From the NCBI GenBank assembly GCA_030141605.1, contig JAQGDQ010001672.1:1-30258 (forward strand): a stretch of 30,258 nt of DNA, given 5' to 3'. Positions 19,667-30,258 of this stretch are shown here, one piece after another (the stretch's first letter is position 1; each line of letters opens with the position of its first letter). The translations under genes were made by a program, and so were the position numbers. The notes under the pieces are model-generated. The model was not told where the DNA came from, searched no databases, and worked only from the letters and a program-made list of their open reading frames with translations. This DNA comes from Tubiluchus corallicola (Eukaryota; Animalia; Priapulida).

Positions 19667-20856
19667 GGTAAGACAGCACGCAGGAGTTTAAATTTATATC
19701 CTCTGTGCATTAAGACAGCACGCAGTAGTTTAAATTTACATCCTCTGTGCATTAAGACAGCATGCAGGAGTTTAAATTTATATCCTCTTTGCATTAAGAC
19801 AGCACGCAGGAGTTTAAATTTATATCCTCTGTGCATTAAGACAGCACGCAGTAGTTTAAATTTACATCCTCTGTGCATTAAGACAGCATGCAGGAGTTTA
19901 AATTTATATCCTCTGTGCATTAAGACAGCACGCAGGAGTTTAAATTTATATCCTCTGTGCACTAAGACAGCACGCAGGAGTTTTAATTTATATTCTCTGT
20001 GCAGTAAGACAGCATGCAGGAGTTTAAATTTATATCCTCTGTGCAGTAAGACAGCATGCAGGAGTTTAAATTTATATCCTCTGTGCAGTAAGACAGCATG
20101 CAGGAGTTTAAATTTATATCCTCTGTGCAGTAAGACAGCATGCAGGAGTTTAAATTTATATCCTCTGTGCAGTAAGACAGCATGCAGGAGTTTAAATTTA
20201 TATCCTCTGTGCAGTAAGACAGCATGCAGGAGTTTAAATTTATATCCTCTGTGCAGTAAGACAGCATGCAGGAGTTTAAATTTATATTCTCTGTGCAGTA
20301 AGACAGCATGCAGGAGTTTAAATTTATATTCTCTGTGCAGTAAGACAGCATGCAGGAGTTTAAATTTATATTCTCTGTGCATTAAGACAGCATGCAGGAG
20401 TTTAAATTTATATCCTCTGTGCAGTAAGACAGCACGCAGGAGTTTTAATTTATATTCTCTGTGCAGTAAGACAACATGCAGGAGTTTAAATTTATATCCT
20501 CTGTGCAGTAAGACAGCAGAGTTTAAATTTATATCCTCTGTGCAGTAGGACAGCGTGCAGAAGTTTAAATTTATATCCTCTGTGCAGTAAGACAGCATGC
20601 AGGAGTTTAAATTTATATTCTCTGTGCATTAAGACAGCGTGCAGGAGTTTAAATTTATATCCTCTGTGCAGTAAGACAGCGTGCAGGAGTTTAAATTTAT
20701 ATCCTCTGTGCATTAAGACAGCACGCAGGAGTTTAAATTTATATCCTCTGTGCAGTAAGACAGCATGCAGGAGTTTAAATTTATATCCTCTGTGCAGTAA
20801 GACAGCACGCAGGAGTTTAAATTTATATCCTCTGTGCATTAAGACAGCGTGCAGGA
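19667..20856. repeat. 42-bp minisatellite, about 28 copies
   Basis: Unit TAAGACAGCATGCAGGAGTTTAAATTTATATCCTCTGTGCA(G/T); one unit near 20518 lacks 5 bp. Confidence 0.97.
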
Positions 20857-21394
20857 AATTATAATAATCAACATATTAAAAATAAAAAATAAAGGGGAAT
20901 AATTAAAGAGATATTAGGATAGTGAATTCAGACAAGTGACATAGTCATTTATTTCACATTACACATTTACAATGGTTACATGTACAATATCTAGTGAAAG
21001 GGCCTACAATGGACATAATACAAATAAGAAATACTGCACAGGAAAAGCCTCAAACACTGTTCACTTATACACGAAGGTAAATGTGTCGCGGGCAATCAAA
21101 AAGCAGGGCTTGTTAGATTGTCCCACACAGTGATAGATAAAAAAGTAATGGAGATAATCTGAAAATTTAAAGTGAATCGTGTGATAAAAAAACATTTGTT
21201 CTTAAAATGGAATGATGTAATGAATGAAACTCATATATGAGATGATATAAAAGATAGAAGGACTATTATTTGTTAATAGTATGTAAAATTAAAATAACAA
21301 GTTTATAATCAAGTGGCAACATAAATCAATGAATATGGTAAATGGTATCAAACAATATTTAGTTTGGACAGTTGTTGTCCAGCGCGAGCTCTTG

Positions 21395-21500
21395 TCCCGA
21401 ATCATTACGTCACAGCGGAGGCGGAGCGATAGGCCCATATGTTTGACGTCACTTCTCGGCCTTTTCTTGGCAAAGAGCGACAACATATCACGTGGCTTTC
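21395..21500 (+). promoter_or_regulatory. Candidate promoter of the Ly6 gene
   Basis: GC-richer patch 230-330 bp upstream of the ATG with TTACGTCA (21405), TGACGTCA (21444) and CACGTG (21489). Confidence 0.35.
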
Positions 21501-21730
21501 TTACCTGTTGCACGCTGCTGCCGCCTAGCAAACCACACTCCCTGATGCGCTTCACACCTGCTTGCATTCTGCGCTTCTTCTGGCGAGCCCGGGGAACCAG
21601 CTCAGAAACTGGAATGCTGTTGCAACCATTGAATTCACCTGCACACTGACTGTACCTGTAGCTGGGAAATACGTTGGGCGTGTAGTATGAAATTTAACGT
21701 ACATTAAGCTGTAGTGCTTAATTGCTAGTC

Positions 21731-24700
21731 ATGGAGATTTCAACGTGGTTATGGAGTATGATCTCGTCAGTGGTTTTGTTGCTGATGCTTATGATAAGGA
21801 CAGGTAAATATTTGTTTCAGATGTACAAAACATGAAGTTCGTGCATAATCCTTGCTCTGCAAATACTAGGATAGCAGATTAGGTGACTTTATTGTCATTT
21901 TTCTAGATTCATATCTATCTATCGTAACCGCTCTTCATTACTAGTGTTCTGAAGATATATATATATATAAGATATTTACCATAAAAATCGATATTCATAA
22001 CTATAAAAGCATAAAAGAACATCGCAGCATGAGAATAAAATTCACACAACTGTTAAAGGCAAATGCGTCCAGTGCAAACTAAAAACTACTGTGCCAAAAA
22101 TTTAAAACAAAATATACATTATAATGTTACACGCAAATTATAATAGACTATATACAATATATACATACAATTTAAAATGGACGTGGGTAAATAAAATTTG
22201 TGGATGAATATATATTATCGTTTACGTATGTAGGGTTTTCAAAACGATTTAATGTGTGTATTTTTAATTTTGATTTTGATTTCGTCGAAAGACTTGATTT
22301 GTTTTAAATTTGATGGCAGGGGATTCCAAAGTTGAACTCCTTGTTTAGTGATAGAATTGTTGCCGTATTTGTTATTAGTGCGTGTTTGTTTAATATTGTG
22401 TGTTCTTGGATTTAATGTTGGCTCCAAGAGGAGTGGAAGCTTATTTTTGATGAAGGGCGTGTTAATATTGTTGATGTATTTATATAAAAACAGGATTGTG
22501 TAGAAGTGTTTACGTGCTTGTAAAATTGGGATTTTAAACATTGTTCTTAATTCTGTTGCAGAGGTTTGATACTCACTAATAATTGATAGATCAATTGAAA
22601 TTAACTTCTGCTAGTATTATTGTTTTTATTATTCGCACCGTCAGTTGCTTGTCGATCTAAGTTTGTTTGATACTTCTATTAAAATTAGTGATTATCAACT
22701 TTGTATAATTTTATATAAACTAACTGAAGCTAGTTTTTGTTGGTATAAAGTGTGCAATTATTATTATTTACTACATTATTTGTAGCTGATGGAATGTCCC
22801 AAAACAAAACTTTAAATTCCGCCTTGGCTTGCTAACGGTTATTTATTCTGAGAAAATAAAATAAGAGCATTTTGCAAATTCAGGTGATCATACAAGATTG
22901 TTATAAAATAGGAACTAAATCAAAATATTAAATCATTTAGGTTTGAATTACAAAGTTTTTACAAAGCACAACAATTGTAAAGTAGTAAACTGCTACGTGA
23001 AATAGAAGTTAAACTTCTCTTTTAAGTAATACAAAAAAAATTAATAACACTCACATTAAACTTACGTACATTGGCCAGCCTGGCATTTAAACTTAAAGAC
23101 ATCAGAAACTGCAGAAACATGTCACAAGCAATTATCAAATCTTTGAATTTGGCTAAATTAAGTATAAAACAGATAGCAAACACCTAGACAGTGTAACAGT
23201 CTACTGTCCTACTGACTTCTGCATAAAACCAGATTGAATCACCTGAGTACATATAAGTACAGGCTAACAAATTTAAAGCAAGAAATTCATTCAAGGCCCA
23301 AAAGGTGGCAGCACATGACAGTTTCATTATCCCCAACATTATTAATTACTACAATTAGATCACTGACAGAAAACATCAAACTGCACAGATTTAAGGAAAT
23401 TAAACTAATTTAGTGAAAGCAGTAAAGAAGTTTCGTAGCCACAGACTCAATGTTACAGCTGGCTTACAACAGGGAAGCGCAGATTGGGCAAAGGCTAACA
23501 GTTACGTCACAAGTATTCAATTCAATTTTAATTAGTTTTTTAAATTTATTTATCTCTTTATAATACTACAATAAAACATGATTAATAAAAGAATCGCTAG
23601 AGAAAGGATAGCGAAAAGAGTATAAAGTCACCTAGTCTGCTATCCTTCAGTAAGATGTAACCAAAGTGAGAGAGAGAGGAGTGTTGGCACAATTGAAACC
23701 ACAGTGCTCTTACGCTCCTTCATCCTTATGAGAGAAAGTATGAAGTACTTTCATCAATGTTAACTTAAATGGTCTGGGCCACAAAATGTAGTCACTCCCT
23801 TTCAACTTTTAAAAAACTGTCAGAAAAGAAATATTTCAAAAGTATTAAGAGTAACACAATTTGATAATGGTAGTCACCTGCATTCTTTTTCTACAGTAAT
23901 CTTAATAAAACGTGATTATGCTCAACAGGTTACTGAACACTTTATAATCATGATCACAGTTTTTCTTAGTTCTCGCTCCGTTTCATCTTTCATTCACTAC
24001 TCCCCCCTCCACTTTCATGTATATATTATCATTATTTCAATTAATAATCTTTTTTTAAGATTTCCACGTACAGTTTGGCCTGTCAAGCTATGCTTTTAGG
24101 GTCAAACTGTATGCATCAAAATTATTCTGTAATGTAATTTGCACATGTATATACTGCATTTTATAATTTCTGGATAATATTGCATTTATATTTATATTTA
24201 CTTCAGTGAAATTATCTGTATTTTTATTATAATTGTTAGATGCAGAGTGGAAATAAATAAACTTATAACAAACGGTGACATTATTACAATAACTATAATT
24301 CTGACATCTTTTGTTCTTTTCTGGTTTTAGTAAGAACATTTTTTACATATTCCTTTTCCACATGCTTTTGTATATAAATTCTTCTTCTTCTTTCTATTTC
24401 ACATTCAACCATTTTTGCAAGCTATTATAAGCTTGTCGAGTTGCTGCAGGAGTATAATCATAAATATATAAACTAATTGTTATCATTATTAGGGGTGAAC
24501 ATTGAACGTTCGAATTCGATTCAAACGCGTTTTCCTATTTCGAGTTCAATTCGAACTTAAAATTATAGATTCGAATAATTCAGCACTTCAATCACATATG
24601 TTCCTTATCATTAACGCGATTGAAACTTCACACAATTAGCATAATTTAGCTGTGATTTCTGTACACAATTTTTAAACAAATTATCAGCGGTTTTACTGCA

Positions 24701-27512
24701 GAGCAAAATCGAGCAATATGCACGATCTTTGTAAGATCACTTTTTACTAGGAGAATCTTTCAAACTCAATTTGAATTCGAAATGCTGAAATTCAGTTCGA
24801 TTCGAATTCGAAAGTCACAAATTTGATTCGATTCGAATTTGTTTTGTGGTAGAGAATGCTCATCCCTTATACCTGTTAACTTGAGCTAAAATTCTGCAAT
24901 GATGTATATATATATGTATGTAAAATGCATGTTGCTATGATATTCTATTGATGTGAAATTGAAATTGAAATTACCAAACTGAGAATTTTGATTCTAGTAC
25001 CAAAACTCGTTGTGTAAAAGAGATTACACAATGGACTGTTCTCCATGTCCTCCTTTGTATCATCATATCAAAGTTTACGTTGGACCGATCTGTAACATCT
25101 CGGCAACATTAATAACCTTGTTAGAAACTTTATAGAACATTTAACATAAATCTTTCTTGCTTATTAATCTGTTTATTCACAAAGACTGCTGCCATAATTT
25201 AGTTGTACTTCACTGTCACAACAAACATATAAAAGCCTAGAGCATGTAACGCCTCGTCGTTGGCCCGCTTGAAACAACGAGGGAAACCTCAGTGAGCACA
25301 AACATTAAAATATAAACCATAGATAAGAACACGTCACATGATCTAAAAGCAGCTATTTGACCAAACAATTGCTAAAATAAGGTACTCAATTATGGGTGCT
25401 TAGTCTGAGGAAGAAACGAAGACTGTGTTTCGACCATAATGAATTTCAAAGAAAAGCAGGTCTGCAGAAAGGTGAAGCAAAATTCTATTTGAATGATATT
25501 AATGTGAATGTTTGCTGTAAATTTAACAGGAAACGGCCTGAAATGCTATGAATGTAACAGCGTGAAAGAGCCTGGGTGCACGGAAAATTACGACCACAGC
25601 AGAAATCCTCTGGAACCAGTGGACTGTGGAGAAGTAGCAGGAGTGAATTATTGCATAAAAACAATTGGAATGTATGGAGGTTGGTACTTTCAGAAATCTT
25701 GCAAGTGCCGGATATAACGGCCACCTCATAACCAGACAAATCATCCCTTATATCCGATGTCCGTTGTAGCCAAACCGAGGGTGTATCTAGACCTGTACTT
25801 TTGTGTACCTTTGCCCATATTTTTATGGATTATTGCTACACATTGAGTGCAAACGGTATGTAGGAAACTCCTTCAGTGATATAAGATGTATGAGACCGTG
25901 GAAACCGAGCTGTTTGAAGGACGAGTTTGTGAAAAACTGAGGTTAAAAATTGATCAATTTTGCTTTGATCATAGGGCTCCTTATATGCCAGGTAATTTAC
26001 CTGCGTTTCTGTTACGCGGGACCTGAAGATATTGTCCCGTATATCCGAGTGACTTATACAGAAGATTGACTGTATTGATAGATATGGCCAGCAGGGTAGC
26101 CAGGCTCTAAAGTTAGGGGGAGCAAGCACGTAAAAAATGCATTGATTTACATTTTAATTTTGTGTTTAAAATCAAAACACGAGAAAAATATGGTTTTACA
26201 GGAAGTACATGATCTTATTTGTTTATTTGCATAGCAATATCGTCTGTTAATCAGTAATTAAGATTTTCTAATTATTCACACATCCTGAATCTCAACTTCG
26301 TGAGGATCATTTTGATATTAACTTCATCACTCTATGTTATTTCAAAGATGAGATAATCCATGTTGAAGTTGAGGTGCAGACTATGCACTGAAAAACATAA
26401 TCTTGAGAAAAACTGTTGAAGTCAGCCATTGTTTTTTGTCACGTCTCTACAAAACACTTAGCAACCGCATGAATGTTGGCTGCTATGGGCTTTGCAAGAA
26501 CACATTTGGTATTTGATGTTGAAACACAATAAATTGATCGTCGGTTTCTTGGTTCAATCAATCAACCTTCGCAAATGCATTGCATAAATGCACGCTAAGT
26601 TCAAAAAACTTGGAAGGCAGGTTGGTCAAGTGAAGTATAAAGACTCCAGAAAATTCTTCCAAGGCTTTGCAATTAGAAAAGATTCAATTACTTTTATCAC
26701 ACAAGTGAACTAAATACAGTCAACCCTCGTTAAACTGGACTAATTGGGGGGGGGTTCCGGTTTAGCCGATTGTCCTATTTATTCGATATGCCTATATATG
26801 GTCTATATTATACAGGAATAATCACCTTAATAAGGCCTATATACTGTGCACTATATACTATACTGTATATTACTTTAAAATAGTTAACCTGTGAGGATAA
26901 GAAATTATTGTACAGTTGCCGTGTTGTGTTTAGCGCTCCGGCTCGGCCGGAAATCGGTCAGTTTCCTTTACCACGGATGACGTCTGTCTTATCCGATATC
27001 CGGGGTCTGGTTTAACTAGGGTCGACTGTAGTTAAAAAATTTTTGAAAAAGTGCCAGTTTTGAAAAATATGCTTGAAGGAGCAAATGCTCCCCATTATTG
27101 TCTAACTTCTGCACACCTAATGGATGAACATTCATTTGAAAATTTTGCTCCAATAGTCATTAATGATTTCTGTGACATGAACGGCACATAAGGCGTTGCT
27201 AAGATGTTGGCAATCGTGTTTTGTGTCATTCTCCAATCTTGGAAAAAATTTCCTCAAAGTTTTTATCTCTTGCATTCATTGAAAGAACCAAAATTTATGA
27301 TGATTTCAGGTCAGATCGGCACACGGCGATTTTGTGGATCCAGAGACATGGGAAATTACTGCCAGTACGTTAAATTTGTTGATGATGACCGCACTCATCG
27401 AGCATGCATCTACACTTGCACGGCTGATGGATGCAACGGCGCCTCTTCGTTGTCTCTCAGTGTCGTCATGGTAACTGGAACTGTATTGTTAGCGGCAGCA
27501 CTTTTACAATGA
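21731..27512 (+). CDS. Ly6/uPAR three-finger protein, quiver/sleepless superfamily, resembling U-scoloptoxin(05)-like proteins; exons 21731..21803, 25530..25679, 27310..27512; 141 aa
   Basis: Signal-peptide exon MEISTWLWSMISSVVLLLMLMIRT(G) with donor GTAAAT and two phase-1 introns. Mature domain LKCYECNS...C...C...YCIKTIGMYGGQIGTRRFCGSRDMGNYC...RACIYTCTADGCN has 10 Cys and is followed by a small-residue site and hydrophobic GPI-type tail. Confidence 0.9.
22239..22541 (-). mobile_element. LINE (CR1/L2 group) ORF2 3' remnant in Ly6 intron 1
   Basis: YGNNSITKQGVQLWNPLPSNLKQIKSFDEIKIKIK resembles the conserved LWN.LP...S...FK..LK C-terminal tail. Confidence 0.65.
23873..24268 (+). repeat. Dispersed repeat, probable LINE 3' UTR/tail, copy 2
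   Basis: Matches 8066..8475 inverted; preceded by degenerate SLSTFKKL-like coding remnant near 23790..23850. Confidence 0.7.
24490..24869 (+). mobile_element. TTCGAA-rich MITE, copy 2
   Basis: TAGGGGTGAACATT ... AATGCTCATCCCTTA imperfect TIRs. Confidence 0.65.
26222..26505 (+). mobile_element. Same MITE family, partial copy (mirrored at about 28837..29120)
   Basis: Shares TTTTCTAATTATTCACACATCCTGAATCT, GAGATAATCCA..TTGAAGTTGAGGTGCAG and AAAACACTTAGCAAC blocks. Confidence 0.7.
26717..27028. mobile_element. pogo/Tigger-like MITE in Ly6 intron 2
   Basis: TA|CAGTCAACCCTCGTTAAACTGGAC ... GTCTGGTTTAACTAGGGTCGACTG|TA. Confidence 0.82.
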
Positions 27513-27839
27513 TGTCCAAAATGCCTGTGAAATGTGAATACTTGATATTATTTTTGTTTGAATCTCAAAATGTTTCTGAAGTGGGGTGTGTAAATGTAAA
27601 AAAAGTGATCAACAATCTGTCCTGCATCGACTGTGTTTTGATGCAAAGTTTTAATATTCCTGATTTAAATGTGTTTGCATAGCAAAATCGTCCATAAATC
27701 TAGTTATTTTCTAGATATTATTTCTTTAATTGTGTGATTAGTTTTTGTTTCAATTTGTTGGACATGTGCTATTAAAACTTTAGCTTAGTACTTGCTTATG
27801 CCTCTTTGAAATGGCATTATCAGGTTTATATTCATGATA

Positions 27840-28452
27840 TATGTGCTTGCATAGGCGAAATCGTCTATTAGTCTGTAATTACTATTTTCTAATCAATCGC
27901 AAATCCTGAATCTCCATTTCATGAGGATCATTTTGGTACCAAGTTCATCGCTCTGTGTTATTTCTAAGCTGAGATAATCCACGTTGAAGTTGAGGTGCAG
28001 GCTGCACACTGAAAAACATGGCCTTGAGAAAATCACTGTTAAAGTCAGCCATTGTTTTTGTCGTATCTCTGCAAAACACTTAGCAATTGTATTAATGTTG
28101 GTTGCTAGAGACTTTGCAAGGACTGCATTGAAGTTATGTTTAAATCCAGTAGATGGCTCTTCCTGACAAAGATTTCTGCTTGGCAACAGAAAAAACGCGA
28201 AGCAAAATGACTGCTTCCACAAGCTACAATAGGAGTTTGAAAATACAAGTTTTTTTACAATTGCAGTACTAGTTTTTAGCCAAAAAAGTGAGTGCAGGGT
28301 TATAAAATAAGATTTTTAGCATTTTTTAAACAATTTCTTGGTGATTTAATGGTAGGATATAAAAGTCCAATATATTTACAATTTTGTTTTATAAAAAGCA
28401 AAAAATTGATTTTGCCTAAATTTTTGGTGCATTCTACATTGAAGCACCATAG
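27840..28452 (+). mobile_element. Same MITE family, full-length copy
   Basis: TATGTGCTTGCATAG ... TTGAAGCACCATAG; collinear with 6380..7002. Confidence 0.75.
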
Positions 28453-29662
28453 TTCTAACTATTTTAAAGTAATATACAGTATAGTATATAGTGCACAGTA
28501 TATAGGCCTTATTAAGGTGATTATTCCTGTATAATATAGACCATATATAGGCATATCGAATAAATAGGACAATCGGCTAAACCGGAACCCCCCCCCAATT
28601 AGTCCAGTTTAACGAGGGTTGACTGTATTTAGTTCACTTGTGTGATAAAAGTAATTGAATCTTTTCTAATTGCAAAGCCTTGGAAGAATTTTCTGGAGTC
28701 TTTATACTTCACTTGACCAACCTGCCTTCCAAGTTTTTTGAACTTAGCGTGCATTTATGCAATGCATTTGCGAAGGTTGATTGATTGAACCAAGAAACCG
28801 ACGATCAATTTATTGTGTTTCAACATCAAATACCAAATGTGTTCTTGCAAAGCCCATAGCAGCCAACATTCATGCGGTTGCTAAGTGTTTTGTAGAGACG
28901 TGACAAAAAACAATGGCTGACTTCAACAGTTTTTCTCAAGATTATGTTTTTCAGTGCATAGTCTGCACCTCAACTTCAACATGGATTATCTCATCTTTGA
29001 AATAACATAGAGTGATGAAGTTAATATCAAAATGATCCTCACGAAGTTGAGATTCAGGATGTGTGAATAATTAGAAAATCTTAATTACTGATTAACAGAC
29101 GATATTGCTATGCAAATAAACAAATAAGATCATGTACTTCCTGTAAAACCATATTTTTCTCGTGTTTTGATTTTAAACACAAAATTAAAATGTAAATCAA
29201 TGCATTTTTTACGTGCTTGCTCCCCCTAACTTTAGAGCCTGGCTACCCTGCTGGCCATATCTATCAATACAGTCAATCTTCTGTATAAGTCACTCGGATA
29301 TACGGGACAATATCTTCAGGTCCCGCGTAACAGAAACGCAGGTAAATTACCTGGCATATAAGGAGCCCTATGATCAAAGCAAAATTGATCAATTTTTAAC
29401 CTCAGTTTTTCACAAACTCGTCCTTCAAACAGCTCGGTTTCCACGGTCTCATACATCTTATATCACTGAAGGAGTTTCCTACATACCGTTTGCACTCAAT
29501 GTGTAGCAATAATCCATAAAAATATGGGTAAAAGTACAGAAAAGTACAGGTCTAGATACACCCTCGGTTTGGCTACAACGGACATCGGATATAAGGGATG
29601 ATTTGTCTGGTTATGAGGTGGCCGTTATATCCGGCACTTGCAAGATTTCTGAAAGTACCAAC

Positions 29663-29812
29663 CTCCATACATTCCAATTGTTTTTATGCAATAATTCACT
29701 CCTGCTACTTCTCCACAGTCCACTGGTTCCAGAGGATTTCTGCTGTGGTCGTAATTTTCCGTGCACCCAGGCTCTTTCACGCTGTTACATTCATAGCATT
29801 TCAGGCCGTTTC
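29663..29812 (-). pseudogene. Mirrored orphan copy of Ly6 exon 2 in outer arm of right fold-back
   Basis: Reverse complement of 25530..25679; no collinear exon 1 or exon 3 in the window. Confidence 0.75.
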
Positions 29813-30258
29813 CTGTTAAATTTACAGCAAACATTCACATTAATATCATTCAAATAGAATTTTGCTTCACCTTTCTGCAGACCTGCTTTTCTTTGAAATT
29901 CATTATGGTCGAAACACAGTCTTCGTTTCTTCCTCAGACTAAGCACCCATAATTGAGTACCTTATTTTAGCAATTGTTTGGTCAAATAGCTGCTTTTAGA
30001 TCATGTGACGTGTTCTTATCTATGGTTTATATTTTAATGTTTGTGCTCACTGAGGTTTCCCTCGTTGTTTCAAGCGGGCCAACGACGAGGCGTTACATGC
30101 TCTAGGCTTTTATATGTTTGTTGTGACAGTGAAGTACAACTAAATTATGGCAGCAGTCTTTGTGAATAAACAGATTAATAAGCAAGAAAGATTTATGTTA
30201 AATGTTCTATAAAGTTTCTAACAAGGTTATTAATGTTGCCGAGATGTTACAGATCGGT

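Larger units (their letters stand above)
25084..30258. repeat. Right terminal inverted repeat: arms 25084..26886 and 28456..30258, loop 1569 bp
   Basis: Position n pairs with 55342-n; four ORF pairs are mirrored. Confidence 0.97.

Noticed and set aside
19667-20856. CRISPR-like array or 321-aa repeat protein
   Set aside because: Units are contiguous with no unique spacers and no cas genes; a 5-bp deletion shifts the frame mid-ORF, so the ORFs are by-products of a 42-bp period.
20940-21165. Possible minus-strand terminal exon with AATAAA
   Set aside because: No convincing reading frame or partner exons; the ITVWDNL-like remnant suggests a decayed LINE end, too weak to annotate.
21329-21649. 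106-aa plus-strand ORF and 92-aa antisense ORF
   Set aside because: No recognisable domain; better explained as GC-richer promoter and 5' UTR of the Ly6 gene.
30251-30258. Terminal AGATCGGT as Illumina adapter
   Set aside because: It is the exact reverse complement of 25084..25091 and differs from AGATCGGAAGAGC at the eighth base.

Overview
This is AT-rich, intron-containing animal (invertebrate-like) genomic DNA, not a prokaryotic locus. Three genes can be spliced by hand with canonical GT-AG sites and consistent phases: (1) the 5' part of IFT122 on the minus strand (exons 1-7 at 14095->4681, with exon 8 on the plus strand at 1793..1869); (2) a complete two-exon COG4 (14455..19085, +), head-to-head with IFT122; (3) a complete three-exon Ly6/uPAR three-finger protein with signal peptide and GPI-type tail (21731..27512, +). 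Introns and intergenic DNA hold an internally deleted Tc1 element, nested MITEs, LINE remnants and five unrelated tandem arrays. Both ends of the window are large fold-backs with similar geometry (arms about 1.8 kb, loops about 1.55 kb). These are most likely amplification or assembly chimeras, although a real rearrangement is not excluded. The best smaller signals are a candidate 18-nt in-frame IFT122 microexon created by a splice-site duplication, a 60-bp microinversion that breaks a Tc1 terminal repeat, and near-total absence of introns in COG4. I cannot support a claim of a new multi-gene system. Family assignments come from recognising the translated sequence, not from database searches.
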